From positions 19,114 through 83,113 of the forward strand of contig CAWKEY010000038.1 of the NCBI GenBank assembly GCA_963848675.1: DNA of 64,000 bases, written 5' to 3'. This document shows positions 1-9,884 of the stretch, piece by piece. The stretch's first letter is position 1; each line of letters starts with the position of its first letter. This DNA comes from an uncultured Gammaproteobacteria bacterium (GTDB lineage: Bacteria > Pseudomonadota > Gammaproteobacteria > Methylococcales > Methylomonadaceae). A program made the translations under genes and the position numbers. The notes beneath the pieces are model-generated. The model was not told where the DNA came from. It did not search any database and was given only the letters and a program-made list of their open reading frames with translations.

Positions 1-816
1 GACGTGCGGTAGCGCCGGTGGTCGATGAGCAATTGATCGCTGAACTCAACACCAGCGTGTTGTTGCATATTGATGAAACGCCCTGGAAAGAAGCCGGAAA
101 ATTGTTCTGGCTGTGGGTGTTTGTGAGCGCGCATACGGTGGTTTACCAAGTCGGCAAGCGCCATCGACTGGTCGTGCAACAGCTATTAGGGACTGCGTTC
201 AACGGCTTTCTGATGACCGATGGCTTCAGCGTCTATCGCATCTTTCCCAAGCGCTTGCGTTGTTGGGCACACCTGGTGCGTAAAGCCCGCGCCTTGCATC
301 AATGTCTGGATAGCCAAGGCCAAGCCTTTGGCGAAGCCCTGCTGCTGGCCATGATTCTATTGATGCGCAACATTCATCAACTCCGCGAATCGCCAGAAGA
401 CGCCGATGCCCTCAGGGCGCAAAACCAAACCCTGCTGGATTGGCTACGCACATTGTGCGAAACGCATCGAACCGTTGCCCACGAAGACAGCCGAAAATTA
501 GCCGGCGAATTTCTCAATGACTGGGATGCTATTGTGCGCGTGATCGAAACGCCGTCACACCCCTTGACCAATAATGTGGCAGAGCGCAGTTTGCGGCATT
601 GGGTCTTGTTGCGCAAAATCACTTTTGGTTCGCGTACGGCACAAGGGGGTCGGGTGATCGCGTTGCTGGCCAGCGTGATCGATACCGCGCGCTTACGACA
701 ATTGAATCCCTGGAATTTTATTGCACAGGTGCTGGCAAATCGACGTAAAAACCAACCCGCACCTCGTTTGCCTATGCCTCTGGTTGGATAATGCAAACAG
801 GGGGCTAAACGATTAC
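1..816 (+). mobile_element. IS66-family insertion sequence, right-hand part (the rest lies outside the window)
   Basis: The transposase ORF is open to the window edge. After its stop, ...GGGGGCTAAACGATTAC (801-816) reads GTAATCG... on the other strand, resembling the GTAAGCG-type IS66 terminal repeat. Confidence 0.6.
3..791 (+). CDS. IS66-family transposase, C-terminal ~260 aa (5' partial)
   Basis: No stop between base 3 and 791. Motifs HIDETPWKE, LWVFVS, CWAHLVRK and NNVAERSLR are typical of the C-terminal half of IS66 TnpC. Confidence 0.8.
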   Translation, partial: RAVAPVVDEQLIAELNTSVLLHIDETPWKEAGKLFWLWVFVSAHTVVYQVGKRHRLVVQQLLGTAFNGFLMTDGFSVYRIFPKRLRCWAHLVRKARALHQCLDSQGQAFGEALLLAMILLMRNIHQLRESPEDADALRAQNQTLLDWLRTLCETHRTVAHEDSRKLAGEFLNDWDAIVRVIETPSHPLTNNVAERSLRHWVLLRKITFGSRTAQGGRVIALLASVIDTARLRQLNPWNFIAQVLANRRKNQPAPRLPMPLVG

Positions 817-886
817 CAAAATTTTATAAGGTATGTTCCCTGACTGGCCAAGATAGCGCTTTTGGCAGCTATGTGGTGACTACCCA

Positions 887-1213
887 TTAAATATGGTGTG
901 GATTGATCACACTTGTTTGATGTGGGCGGACAGTAACCCGAACGTCAACATCCTGATCGAGACGTTTAAGAATTGTCATCAGGCGGTCAATAGTGAAACG
1001 GTCAAGCTTCACCTTGCGGATACGGGAAAAGTCGGCGGCTGCAATGCCGGTCTGGTCTTCTGCTTTACGCACCGTAAGTGCGCGGTCATCAAGGACACCA
1101 ATTATCTCGGCAGCCAGTAACGCTTTCAATTGCTCAATTTCTGCATTGGGGTGGCCGAAGTCAGCAAAGACGTTTCCGCTACCACGGACTATTTCAAAAG
1201 GTTCGTCATTCAT
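887..1213 (-). CDS. XRE-family HTH antitoxin (HigA-like)
   Basis: 108 aa with an HTH segment (TVRKAEDQTGIAAADFSRIRK). Its start overlaps the stop of the upstream toxin gene by 4 bp (ATGA at 1210-1213). Confidence 0.75.
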   Translation of the reverse strand: MNDEPFEIVRGSGNVFADFGHPNAEIEQLKALLAAEIIGVLDDRALTVRKAEDQTGIAAADFSRIRKVKLDRFTIDRLMTILKRLDQDVDVRVTVRPHQTSVINPHHI

Positions 1214-1557
1214 CGTAGCATCTCCTTCAATCGTTTTAGGCGTTCATGCACAAGGTCTATTTCATGTTTTGGCGTTTTGATGCCTTCCTTCGATTTTTTT
1301 TGAAAAGCATGGATCACCCACAAGTCTTCTCCAATCTGCATAGCATAAATGACTCGGAAAGCATCCCCACGATGACGCAGAACAATTTCCATCATACCGC
1401 TATCGAAGCCTTTTAACGGTTTCACATTATCGGCCTTGCGACCTTCCGCCGCGACAGTAAGCGCGCGGTTGGCCTCTGTTTGCACCGGTATGGGAAAATC
1501 TTCAAAATCCTTCCGTGCTGCCTTGATCCATGAAATCGGTCGTGTATTTTCTGTCAT
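1210..1557 (-). CDS. RelE/HigB-like toxin (phage Gp49-type)
   Basis: 115 aa with core FRVIYAMQIGEDLWVIHAFQKKS. Toxin-first gene order as in higBA, translationally coupled to the HTH gene. Confidence 0.7.
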   Translation of the reverse strand: MTENTRPISWIKAARKDFEDFPIPVQTEANRALTVAAEGRKADNVKPLKGFDSGMMEIVLRHRGDAFRVIYAMQIGEDLWVIHAFQKKSKEGIKTPKHEIDLVHERLKRLKEMLR

Positions 1558-1838
1558 ACGTCTACCTTGTTATTGTCATTGTAGTCAAATATGACAACAT
1601 TGTGCAAGTGCCCCATAAAGAAACTCAAGAATAGGTGGTTTATTTAGATGATTCATATCGGCTTCCAAATAAATTTTGATAGCCTTTTTGATGATAATGA
1701 GCACCATTAAAAACGTTTGTTTTTACTTTCTGTTTTCGTTAAAGAAAAGCGCTGTGTTTTCAATCTTATTTTAGTTATTATAAATACTGTTTTTGGGGGT
1801 TTCGTTACCCGTAATGATTTTAAAGGTATTTTGGTAAG

Positions 1839-2471
1839 ATGATGGCACAGACTATCGGTTATCTGAGGGTATCAACGGCAGATCAGGATGTAGAGAAAAA
1901 CAAAACGGATATCTTGACGCTGGCCAATCACCATAACCTGGGGCAGGTTAAATTCTTTGAAGAAAAGGTCTCCGGCAAAATCTCCTGGCATAAACGCCGG
2001 ATTGCCCAAATCATTGAAGACCTCAAAAAAGGCGACAGCCTAGTCGTTAGCGAAATGTCCAGGTTAGGACGGAGTATGTTGGAATGTATGGAAATTTTGT
2101 CGATTGCCATGGAACGGGGTATCCATGTCTATTCGGTGAAAGGCAATTGGCGGCTTGACCAAAGCATCCAGAGCAAGATCATAGCGATGGCGTTTTCGAT
2201 GGCGGCCGAGATTGAACGGGATTTGATCTCGCAGCGGACGAAAGAAGCCTTGCGCGCAAAGAAGGCCGCCGGTATGTCGCTAGGCCGTCCCAAAGGTCCC
2301 GGTAAGAGTAAGCTCGATCCGTTCCGCCCCGAAATTGAAGCCTTGCTGTCCAATGGGGCAACCCAGTTTTTTATCGCCGAGCGCTATGGCACTACCCCTG
2401 CCAATTTGCGCAACTGGATGAGCAAACACGGCATCACCCGACCTAAGCAGGAAAGGGTTCGTGCCGCGTAA
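1839..2471 (+). CDS. serine recombinase (resolvase/invertase family)
   Basis: N-terminal IGYLRVSTADQD catalytic-serine motif and a C-terminal HTH. Overlaps the transposase start by 11 nt. Confidence 0.9.
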   Translation: MMAQTIGYLRVSTADQDVEKNKTDILTLANHHNLGQVKFFEEKVSGKISWHKRRIAQIIEDLKKGDSLVVSEMSRLGRSMLECMEILSIAMERGIHVYSVKGNWRLDQSIQSKIIAMAFSMAAEIERDLISQRTKEALRAKKAAGMSLGRPKGPGKSKLDPFRPEIEALLSNGATQFFIAERYGTTPANLRNWMSKHGITRPKQERVRAA

Positions 2472-4131
2472 GCGTCTGCCTTTTGAAGTGCTGGTTGCAC
2501 TTCAAAACCAATTGGATGCGTTGTCACCACGAAATGCCAAACGCAAACACCTCATTGAGGAAACTTGCGAATCGTTTGGGGTTTCGGCATCGACACTTCA
2601 CCGGTTATTACGGAAACATCAACTGCCTTATTTAGCACTGCGCAGCGACTACAATCAACCCAGATGTATTCCCGAAGTAGACATGCGGCGTTATTGCGAA
2701 TTGATTGCCGCGCTAAAACTCCGGACAACCAACAAAAAAGGGCGGCACTTATCAACCAGGGCGTGTATCGACCTTCTGACCAAGCATGGCATTGAAACCT
2801 CGGAAGGACTCATCAAGGTTGAACCCGGATTGCTCAAACTCAGCACGATTAGCCGCTATTTAAAACAATGGGGTTTTGACAGCCGCACCCTGGCCATTGA
2901 GCCACCCTGGACGCCCTTCCAAGCTGTTCACAGTAACGAATGCTGGCAATTTGATTTCTCGCCGTCAGACTTTAAAAAACCGGCATTTGCAAATACAGAG
3001 TCAAAAGGTGATTCACACTATATGGCCTTGGCCGGTGTCACCGATGACAGGAGCGGGTTTTGTTATCAAGAATACCATTTGGTCAAAGGCGAAGATGTGA
3101 TGACCGCACTACTGTTCCTGTTCAATGCGATGTCACCCAAGAAAGATAACAACTGTCCGTTCCAGGGTATCCCTGCGGTCATTTACATGGATGCCGGCCC
3201 GGCCTCGAAAAGCCGCGTATTTCTATGGGTCATGAAGCAACTTGGCGTTGAAGTGAGGGTACATATGCCAAAGGGCAGTGATGGCCGCCGCACTACCGCG
3301 CGCTCAAAGGGTAAGGTTGAACGTTCGTTTCTGACTATTAAATGCTCCTTGGAAACCCTGTATCATCTCCAGCAACCGGAATCACTGGAAGAAGCCAATG
3401 CCTGGTTACGGAAGTATTTACAGGAATATAACGCTATGGATCACCGGCATGAAGATCATTCCCGGCTGGACGATTGGCTGCTTAACCTGCCGCCGCAAGG
3501 TTTCCGGGAAATGTGCAGCTGGGAGCGTTTTCGAACCTTTGCCCGCGAGCCTGAACAGCGCAAAGCGGACAGCAACGGCTGTGTCGGTATTGACGGTATT
3601 CGCTTTCAATTGAGCCATGAGATGGCGGGACAGGAAGTCACCCTGCTCTGGGGGCTGTTCGATAATGAGCTCTATGTCGAGTTTAATAACGAAAAACAGG
3701 GGCCTTTTTATCCGGAGGAAGGCCCCATTCCCTTCGGCAAGTTCCGTAAACACAAAAAGAGCAGCGTTGAAATTAAGGCAGATCGGATTGGGCAACTGGC
3801 CAAAGCCATCAGCTTGCCGCGTTCCGCGTTATCCGACAGCAAAAGCAGTGATCAAGCCCTGTTGACTCAAGCCAATATACTGCACCTGGAAAAACCGAAT
3901 TCCACGCCGTTTGATGATAACCCTTTCCTGCAAACGGCCACGTTTAAAAACAAGCTGGATGCGAAGACGGCCATTGCCGACTATCTGGGCAAACCGTTGT
4001 CCCGATTAACCGATCTGCAAATGGCAGCGATCAATACTATCCTCGACGAATCGCTGGATAAGAAAGCAGTACTGGAGAAAATTCGCGCGTATTTTACTTT
4101 AAGCTCGGTTGAGCGCTCGGGAGACAACTAA
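2461..4131 (+). CDS. DDE transposase, rve/Mu-type integrase core (TniA / Tn552 p480-like)
   Basis: 556 aa with an N-terminal HTH. Candidate DDE residues lie in WQFDFSP, IYMDAGP and KGKVERSF. Confidence 0.8.
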   Translation: MPRKRLPFEVLVALQNQLDALSPRNAKRKHLIEETCESFGVSASTLHRLLRKHQLPYLALRSDYNQPRCIPEVDMRRYCELIAALKLRTTNKKGRHLSTRACIDLLTKHGIETSEGLIKVEPGLLKLSTISRYLKQWGFDSRTLAIEPPWTPFQAVHSNECWQFDFSPSDFKKPAFANTESKGDSHYMALAGVTDDRSGFCYQEYHLVKGEDVMTALLFLFNAMSPKKDNNCPFQGIPAVIYMDAGPASKSRVFLWVMKQLGVEVRVHMPKGSDGRRTTARSKGKVERSFLTIKCSLETLYHLQQPESLEEANAWLRKYLQEYNAMDHRHEDHSRLDDWLLNLPPQGFREMCSWERFRTFAREPEQRKADSNGCVGIDGIRFQLSHEMAGQEVTLLWGLFDNELYVEFNNEKQGPFYPEEGPIPFGKFRKHKKSSVEIKADRIGQLAKAISLPRSALSDSKSSDQALLTQANILHLEKPNSTPFDDNPFLQTATFKNKLDAKTAIADYLGKPLSRLTDLQMAAINTILDESLDKKAVLEKIRAYFTLSSVERSGDN

Positions 4132-5100
4132 ATGTATGGCGAAATGATGCAATACTATGGCTTAGTGAAGGACTTCGATAAAACAGATTACTTTGAAACG
4201 GAAGCTTTTAAAGGCGTATTGGGCAGTCTTGAAATAGCGGTCTTATCAGGGGGAATAATCGCCCTGACCGGCATTGTCGGAGTTGGTAAGACGACCATTA
4301 TCAGGCATTTCCAGGATAGCCTGAAAAAGAAGAACCAGGTTATCGTTGCCAAATCGTTGGCAACCGATAAGTGCCGCGTCAACATCAACACCTTATATAC
4401 CGCGCTGTTTGCCGACTTGCCGACGGCGAAAGAATTTAAAGTTCCACCCCAGACTGAAATCAGGGAAAGAAAGCTTCAGGAATTGATCCGTAAAATTAAC
4501 AAACCGATCGCTTTTTTTATAGATGGCGCCCACGATCTCCATTGGCGCACGTTAATTGGCTTAAAACAATTGATAGAAACGATTGAGGACGCCAAAGGTA
4601 CATTGACCATTATTATGGTGGGTCACCCAAAATTGGGTAATGACCTCAACAGACCGGCAATGGAAGAAATCGGTGCCCGAGCCAAATTGTTCAGCTTGGA
4701 CAGTTGGGGGCAACAGAAACAACGGTATATCGAATGGGTATTGGAACAGTGCAGCAAGCCTAAAACGCCAATTCATGACATCGTTACACCGGATGCCATC
4801 AATCTGTTAGCGGAACGATTAATTACCCCGTTACAAATCTGCCATTACCTAACACTCGCTTTGATAAAGGGAGCCACCACAGGAACAAAACCAGTCGATG
4901 TAGAGATTATAGAAGCCGTGTTATCGCCAGATTTAAATACCTTGGAACCCAAATTAGCCCGGCACGGCTATAACACGACTGCTTTATGCGAACACTTGAA
5001 CGCCCGAAGAGGTGAAATCCGGGCGTATTTCAATGGTCAATTACCAGCGGCCAGGGCAGATGAGTTCAACAAAGAGATTCATAAACTCGGAATTTTATAA
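4132..5100 (+). CDS. AAA+ ATPase transposition helper (ExeA/TniB-like)
   Basis: Starts 1 nt after the transposase stop. Walker A is GIVGVGKTT; a Walker B-like segment is IAFFIDGAHD. Confidence 0.75.
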   Translation: MYGEMMQYYGLVKDFDKTDYFETEAFKGVLGSLEIAVLSGGIIALTGIVGVGKTTIIRHFQDSLKKKNQVIVAKSLATDKCRVNINTLYTALFADLPTAKEFKVPPQTEIRERKLQELIRKINKPIAFFIDGAHDLHWRTLIGLKQLIETIEDAKGTLTIIMVGHPKLGNDLNRPAMEEIGARAKLFSLDSWGQQKQRYIEWVLEQCSKPKTPIHDIVTPDAINLLAERLITPLQICHYLTLALIKGATTGTKPVDVEIIEAVLSPDLNTLEPKLARHGYNTTALCEHLNARRGEIRAYFNGQLPAARADEFNKEIHKLGIL

Positions 5101-5148
5101 AGTAAGACTGACCAAACCTCCAGTTTTTTGGCATGAGATAGAATCAAA

Positions 5149-5255
5149 TAATGTGGGAAATTCAAATCGATAAAATCACTTAATGTGAGAAGACTAATAA
5201 ACATATGCAATTAATGTGAGAAAAACTGAATTTATAAAATCAGTTAATCTGAAAT
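5149..5255 (+). repeat. four phased direct repeats (TTAATGTGAGAA-like); putative transposase-binding sites of the right transposon end
   Basis: TAATGTGGGAAA at 5149, TTAATGTGAGAAG at 5180, TTAATGTGAGAAA at 5211, TTAATCTGAAA at 5244. Spacing is 31, 31 and 33 bp. Confidence 0.6.
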
Positions 5256-5302
5256 GAAAATGGCGGATAAGTGCAAGAAATGCCGATTATGAAATCAAGA
5301 AA

Positions 5303-6130
5303 CTACAAATAGGCATCAATAGTGCCGACATCACGCCAATAACTTTGTTCGCCGCTTTGAATATCCAAAAACGGATAGGCATTGACAACATAGTCTTTAA
5401 TCACTCCGGGAATAATATCTTTACCAAAATCGTGCGTTGATTGCGTGTTTTTGGCGTCGTTAAGCAACTGCTCCCACAAGAAATCGGCATTAAAAATGTA
5501 GATACCCATGGACGCCAAGGCGGTATCGGTCCGCCCTGGCATGACGGGTGGATTGGCTGGTTTTTCAACAAATGCAGTGACTCTGCGATTAGCGTCGACA
5601 GCGATGACACCGAAGGCCGTGGCCTCTTTCAGTGAAACCTCAAGACAGCCTACAGTTAAATCGGCATTTTTTTCAATATGGTCGATGAGCATGGCCGCGT
5701 AATCCATTTTATAAATGTGATCACCCGCCAATATTAAAATGTGTTCAGGTTTCCGCGCTTTGAGAATATCAATATTCTGTAATACCGCATCGGCGGTGCC
5801 CTTGTACCACGAAGTTTCATCAATGCGTTGTTGCGCAGGCATTAAATCGACGTATTCGCCAAACTCACCGCGCAAAAATCCCCAGCCTTTTTGAATATGG
5901 CGGATGAGCGAGTCAGCCTTGTATTGGGTCAATACGCCAATTTTACGGATGCCAGAATTGACGCAATTGGATAAAGGAAAGTCAATAATACGGAACTTGC
6001 CGCCAAACGGTACAGCGGGTTTGGCCCGTCAATCCGTCATGTTCATAAGCCGAGAACCACGTCCTCCGGCGAGAATTAAAGCAATCGTATTTCTAGTTAA
6101 TTGATGGATATTGGGGTTCGGCCCTGACAT
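5303..6130 (-). pseudogene. glgC: glucose-1-phosphate adenylyltransferase, inactivated (in-frame TGA plus 3' truncation)
   Basis: An ATG at 6130 with an upstream GGGAGA gives [33 protein letters not shown], then TGA (6029-6031), then in the same frame [40 protein letters not shown]... The protein stops at ...[11 protein letters not shown], about 140 aa short, at the transposon tip. Confidence 0.85.
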
Positions 6131-6548
6131 AGGATATCTCCCAGTGAAATAAATGGACGATGGCTGTATTTAATACGATTTATCAGGCGTTGATTCCATT
6201 CCACCAGGGTATCTGGGGTGTTGATATAAACGTCGAAACCGTTTGTTTTTGTCATCTGTTGCGTCGTGTCACTTGGACAAGGCGGATACAAGCGAGGGCG
6301 CGGTGACTTTAATACGTGCGGCAATTTCATCGCCAAGCACCGCATAAATGACATAGGAAAAATAGAATACGGTGGCGATATAAATAATCGATGACATAGC
6401 GTTGATCTCATTAATCAATGAACTTTATGGTTTGTTAGTATTAACCGCGCCCTTATTTTTCATGATAACCCGGCAACAAGTCGGTTAATGGGTAGTCCCT
6501 TTTTTGACAAAAAGGAGGGGCACATCCTGTGCCCTAAGTGAGGAGGTT

Positions 6549-8444
6549 TTAATCCTTTAAAAAGCTGGCCATAATACCGGCCGGATCAATCCCCTGATGG
6601 GGAAATTGCTCCCATAGGCCGCCGCAGCCTTCTTGATGCGTGCCAAGGTGGCTATATTTCGGTGTGTAACCGCGTTCCAGCAACCAGGACCCCATGCGAC
6701 TGCCCAAGCCGGTTTTGCGGTTAAACGCTTCAACCACCATAACCTTGGGAGATTTGCCGATTTTAGCCAGCATAGCTTCATCAATCACATTCAAGGTCGG
6801 TTTGTTAATCAAGCCCACATCAACCCCTTGTTGTTTTAAACGCTCGACCGCGTCCAAGGCCCGATATAAGGCTTCACCGAAACTGACGATGTAACCGGCG
6901 GTACCTTCGCGAATCACTTCATCTTTGCCGGCAACAAATTTGTAATCACCGCCGAAGAAGTCGTTGCCATTGGCATCCAGAATCGTCGGGACTTTGGAGC
7001 GCGTCGAGAACACAAAACGCAGTCCTGGATTGAAGAAAATGGTTTCCAAACAGGCTTTCATTTGCAGCGGATCGGCAGGGAAGTATAGATTGGTGGCGTA
7101 ACCGTCGCTCAAGCCGTTGTCCGCAAACATATTGTTCAAGCCGAAGTGACAGGTGTTGTCGGCCATGTCATCAATCCCGGCGTGGGAGAAGTGACTGAGC
7201 ACGTTTGAATTGTTCAAGCGTGCCATGGTAATTTCGGACAGCAGCATCTCCAGGAAAGCACTAAAGGTACCGAAAATACCCTGTTTGCCCGCTTCCATCC
7301 CAAAACCGGCAGCCGCCGAGAAATTACCGCGTTCCATAATGCCCGACGAGATAAATACTTCAGGATAAGCGGCGTGAATTTTGAACAGGCCACAGGAACC
7401 TTCGAGATCACTATCAACGACGCGAATTTTTGCGACGCGCTCGGCTTCGCTCATCCGGCCCATAATGGCGACGGCGGCGTCGCCAAACACGTTGCGATTG
7501 GCATCCCATTTGTCGCTAGAGCCCAGGAATACAGCCTCATTTTTAGGCGCTTTGATGCCTTTTAGGTGATCAGCCGCCGCTTGTTGACCGCGAGATTCAA
7601 GGTATTCAACCGCCACTTTTACGGAAATAACATCATGGCCATGGGTTGAGCCTTCAAGACCGACTATGCCTGGGCACATCGGACGATGGTTGATGACCGC
7701 CACCGGGCCGGGGGTGTTGACGGCCGTGCAGATGCGTTGATATAGATCGTCGATATCTTCACCATTGCCTTCGAGCACGGGTACGCTTTGACCGGTCAAG
7801 GTTTTGGCTGTTGAGCAACCAGTTAAGTAATGCGAAGGATGACCGGCAATGGTGACGTCGTTATCGTCAATAATCAATTTTACATTGAGTCGTTGCGCCA
7901 CCGCCAAGCGGGCGGCTTCGGCGTCATTGCCTTCTTGCTGAGAGCCGTCCGAACCCAGGCAGAACAGTATTTTGCCGTGATTGGCCATGGCCACGCCGTT
8001 GACATAAGGCCACATGTGGCCTAAACGTCCCGAGCTAAATTTGACACCGGGGGTAAAACCTAACTCTGGATGTCCGGGTAGATGGGAATGCGCGGCGCGA
8101 TATTCCATCAGACGTTCTGCCGGCAAATCGCCGTTCAAGGTAGACATCAGATACTGAGTAGCTACCCGGTGACCGGCTTCGTCAAAGAATATGGGTACGA
8201 ACGCATCGGCTGATCCACGAAATAAGGCATCCATAATCATCACTTCCGGAACCGTATCGTAAGGTCCCCCCGTATGCCCGCCCACGCCTCTGGCGGCGCC
8301 GGTCGCCGTAAAAAATACAATGGCATCCCGGCACAGTTGAATATTGGCTTGAAGGCTGGCTCGTTGTTCAGTCGTTAGGATTGGATTGTTTGAATTTAAC
8401 TTAATGCGCTGATAAGCGCCAAGATCAATGGGGAATTGAGGCAT
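6549..8444 (-). CDS. transketolase-family thiamine-diphosphate enzyme (divergent, 631 aa)
   Basis: TPP-binding GDG-type segment LGSDGSQQEGNDAEAARLA; length and domain order are transketolase-like. Confidence 0.7.
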   Translation of the reverse strand: MPQFPIDLGAYQRIKLNSNNPILTTEQRASLQANIQLCRDAIVFFTATGAARGVGGHTGGPYDTVPEVMIMDALFRGSADAFVPIFFDEAGHRVATQYLMSTLNGDLPAERLMEYRAAHSHLPGHPELGFTPGVKFSSGRLGHMWPYVNGVAMANHGKILFCLGSDGSQQEGNDAEAARLAVAQRLNVKLIIDDNDVTIAGHPSHYLTGCSTAKTLTGQSVPVLEGNGEDIDDLYQRICTAVNTPGPVAVINHRPMCPGIVGLEGSTHGHDVISVKVAVEYLESRGQQAAADHLKGIKAPKNEAVFLGSSDKWDANRNVFGDAAVAIMGRMSEAERVAKIRVVDSDLEGSCGLFKIHAAYPEVFISSGIMERGNFSAAAGFGMEAGKQGIFGTFSAFLEMLLSEITMARLNNSNVLSHFSHAGIDDMADNTCHFGLNNMFADNGLSDGYATNLYFPADPLQMKACLETIFFNPGLRFVFSTRSKVPTILDANGNDFFGGDYKFVAGKDEVIREGTAGYIVSFGEALYRALDAVERLKQQGVDVGLINKPTLNVIDEAMLAKIGKSPKVMVVEAFNRKTGLGSRMGSWLLERGYTPKYSHLGTHQEGCGGLWEQFPHQGIDPAGIMASFLKD

Positions 8445-8762
8445 AGCTAATCTCTTGGTAAGGTTATTATTTTATAAACACGCGTTGAGCAATGACGCTG
8501 TCATTTTTACCGCTGCATCAAGCTCAAACGGCAATTCGCATCCAGCAAAAAGCTATTTGCTTATTAGCAACAAATTGATGTTTTTATACCAAAAGAGTTA
8601 CTTGTAAGTCCTTGTTGTTATTAGCTTTTCCTGCTGTTAGTCCGCACTTTACACCCAAATAATCCGGATGTGCAAGGCTTTTAAAATACCCTAACGTTTG
8701 TGTTTAAATTAAAAATCAAGCCATGATGTTGACAATTTTTCCGGTAGTCCTGTTACGAGCAA

Positions 8763-9134
8763 TCAATGATCACCACGATTAATATTGTGTTGATGCTCAA
8801 TACCTTCGGTTAAATTATAACCTTCGTCATTAAATAGATCGTCGGTAAAAAACAAACGCATATCTATAATCCAAGCAATTTTTTTTAGCTTATTGTTTTC
8901 TATAATAATGGTTGAAAGTTTCTGATTGTTATCAATAACCTGAGTCACAATGGTTTTGGGGTTAGTAGGGTCTTCTTTTAGCGCACCAGACACAATGCGC
9001 TGCGCAGATTCCATTGTCAGCACAGGATGCGCACTAAGTAGCTCAGCGTTGTGATCATTAAGTGACTGCGCGTTAAAATAACCAATATCATAGACAAGCT
9101 TAATAACAGACCAATCATCATCACGCCACCCCAA
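8763..9134 (-). CDS. hypothetical protein
   Basis: ORF only, in AT-rich sequence. It overlaps a second ORF (9017-9208) that encodes a TM-like N-terminus in another frame. Confidence 0.3.
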   Translation of the reverse strand: MGWRDDDWSVIKLVYDIGYFNAQSLNDHNAELLSAHPVLTMESAQRIVSGALKEDPTNPKTIVTQVIDNNQKLSTIIIENNKLKKIAWIIDMRLFFTDDLFNDEGYNLTEGIEHQHNINRGDH

Positions 9135-9559
9135 ACAGAGAGGCCAATTTTTAATCGTCTTCTAACGCGAGGATTTGATAGTTTTTTTATAATAACGCGA
9201 ATTTTCATGGCTACATTATCGCATTACCCACTAGGGTTCACATAGAGCCTCAAGTTTGTAGTTATGGGCTCATCTTGCTTTACTGCTCATGGTGGGCGTC
9301 AACAGCGCATGGAACGAGCGTTTGAGGCTATGAGTATACCTGGGGAAAATTCACGAGCCCACCCGCCGGGGTCAAACAACTTTATTCAACCAGATTTAAT
9401 AAATTCCCAAAACGAACGACTAGCAAAATCATCATAAGCCAGTTTAGACGCTTCCGCTGTCTCATGATAGACACATATTTCGCTGCGCTTCATATGCGCT
9501 AGTTATTTGCAGCGTTATTACCCTCCAAATAAAATGTGTTACGAGCTAGTGCCTAATAA

Positions 9560-9654
9560 CTGGCATGTGGCTGTAAATCAATGACGGTCTTTGAATGACC
9601 GCATTCAAGGTTGAGCAGACGTTGACCGGAAACTGGCGACTGTGGCTTGATGGC
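9560..9654 (+). repeat. structured ~95-nt repeat, copy A (empty intron homing site)
   Basis: About 70% identical by eye to 10640-10736. Contains hairpin CGGTC-tttgaat-GACCG (9585-9601) and ends in CTTGATGGC. Confidence 0.6.
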
Positions 9655-9884
9655 CGCCTGCCGATGGCAGAAATTCGATAGCTTCAAAAATATAATTCTC
9701 CATAACGGACATTCAGAGTTGTAAAATTTTAACCCGGTCATCGTTAACCTCTTCAACTTAAGACGAGACAGTCATTAACGCAGGTGGTACACTGATTCTG
9801 CCCGTTGGATAAGGCAAATGATCTATTCTATCGGTTATAACTGATAAATGGATTAGGCAACTCAATCATGAACAAGGCAATAAA

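Larger units (their letters stand above)
1580..5307 (+). mobile_element. Tn552/Tn5053/Mu-like transposon (resolvase + DDE transposase + AAA+ ATPase). Right end is firm; left end is tentative (1580 or ~1635).
   Basis: Three co-oriented, abutting or overlapping genes. The right terminus ...GAAACTACA ends at 5307, exactly where the glgC frame breaks. Left candidates are TGTAGT at 1580 or TGGTTTATTTAGATGATTCATATCGGC at 1635, which resembles the reverse complement of the right tip, TGTAGTTTCTTGATTTCATAATCGGC. Confidence 0.55.

Noticed and set aside
6097-6411. 104-aa ORF between the transketolase-like gene and glgC; within it a 42-codon hydrophobic ORF (6269-6397, MSSIIYIATVFYFSYVIYAVLGDEIAARIKV...) and a 52-codon ORF (6097-6254)
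   Set aside because: The long ORF overlaps the glgC start and has poor coding texture. The two short ORFs have no clear RBS that I could verify and no recognisable family. They are kept only as a note.
8763-9208. Possible frameshifted gene: a TM-like N-terminus in ORF 9017-9208 and a soluble part in ORF 8763-9134
   Set aside because: I could not find a junction that gives a sensible fused protein, and no family is recognisable. It may equally be one real small gene plus noise.
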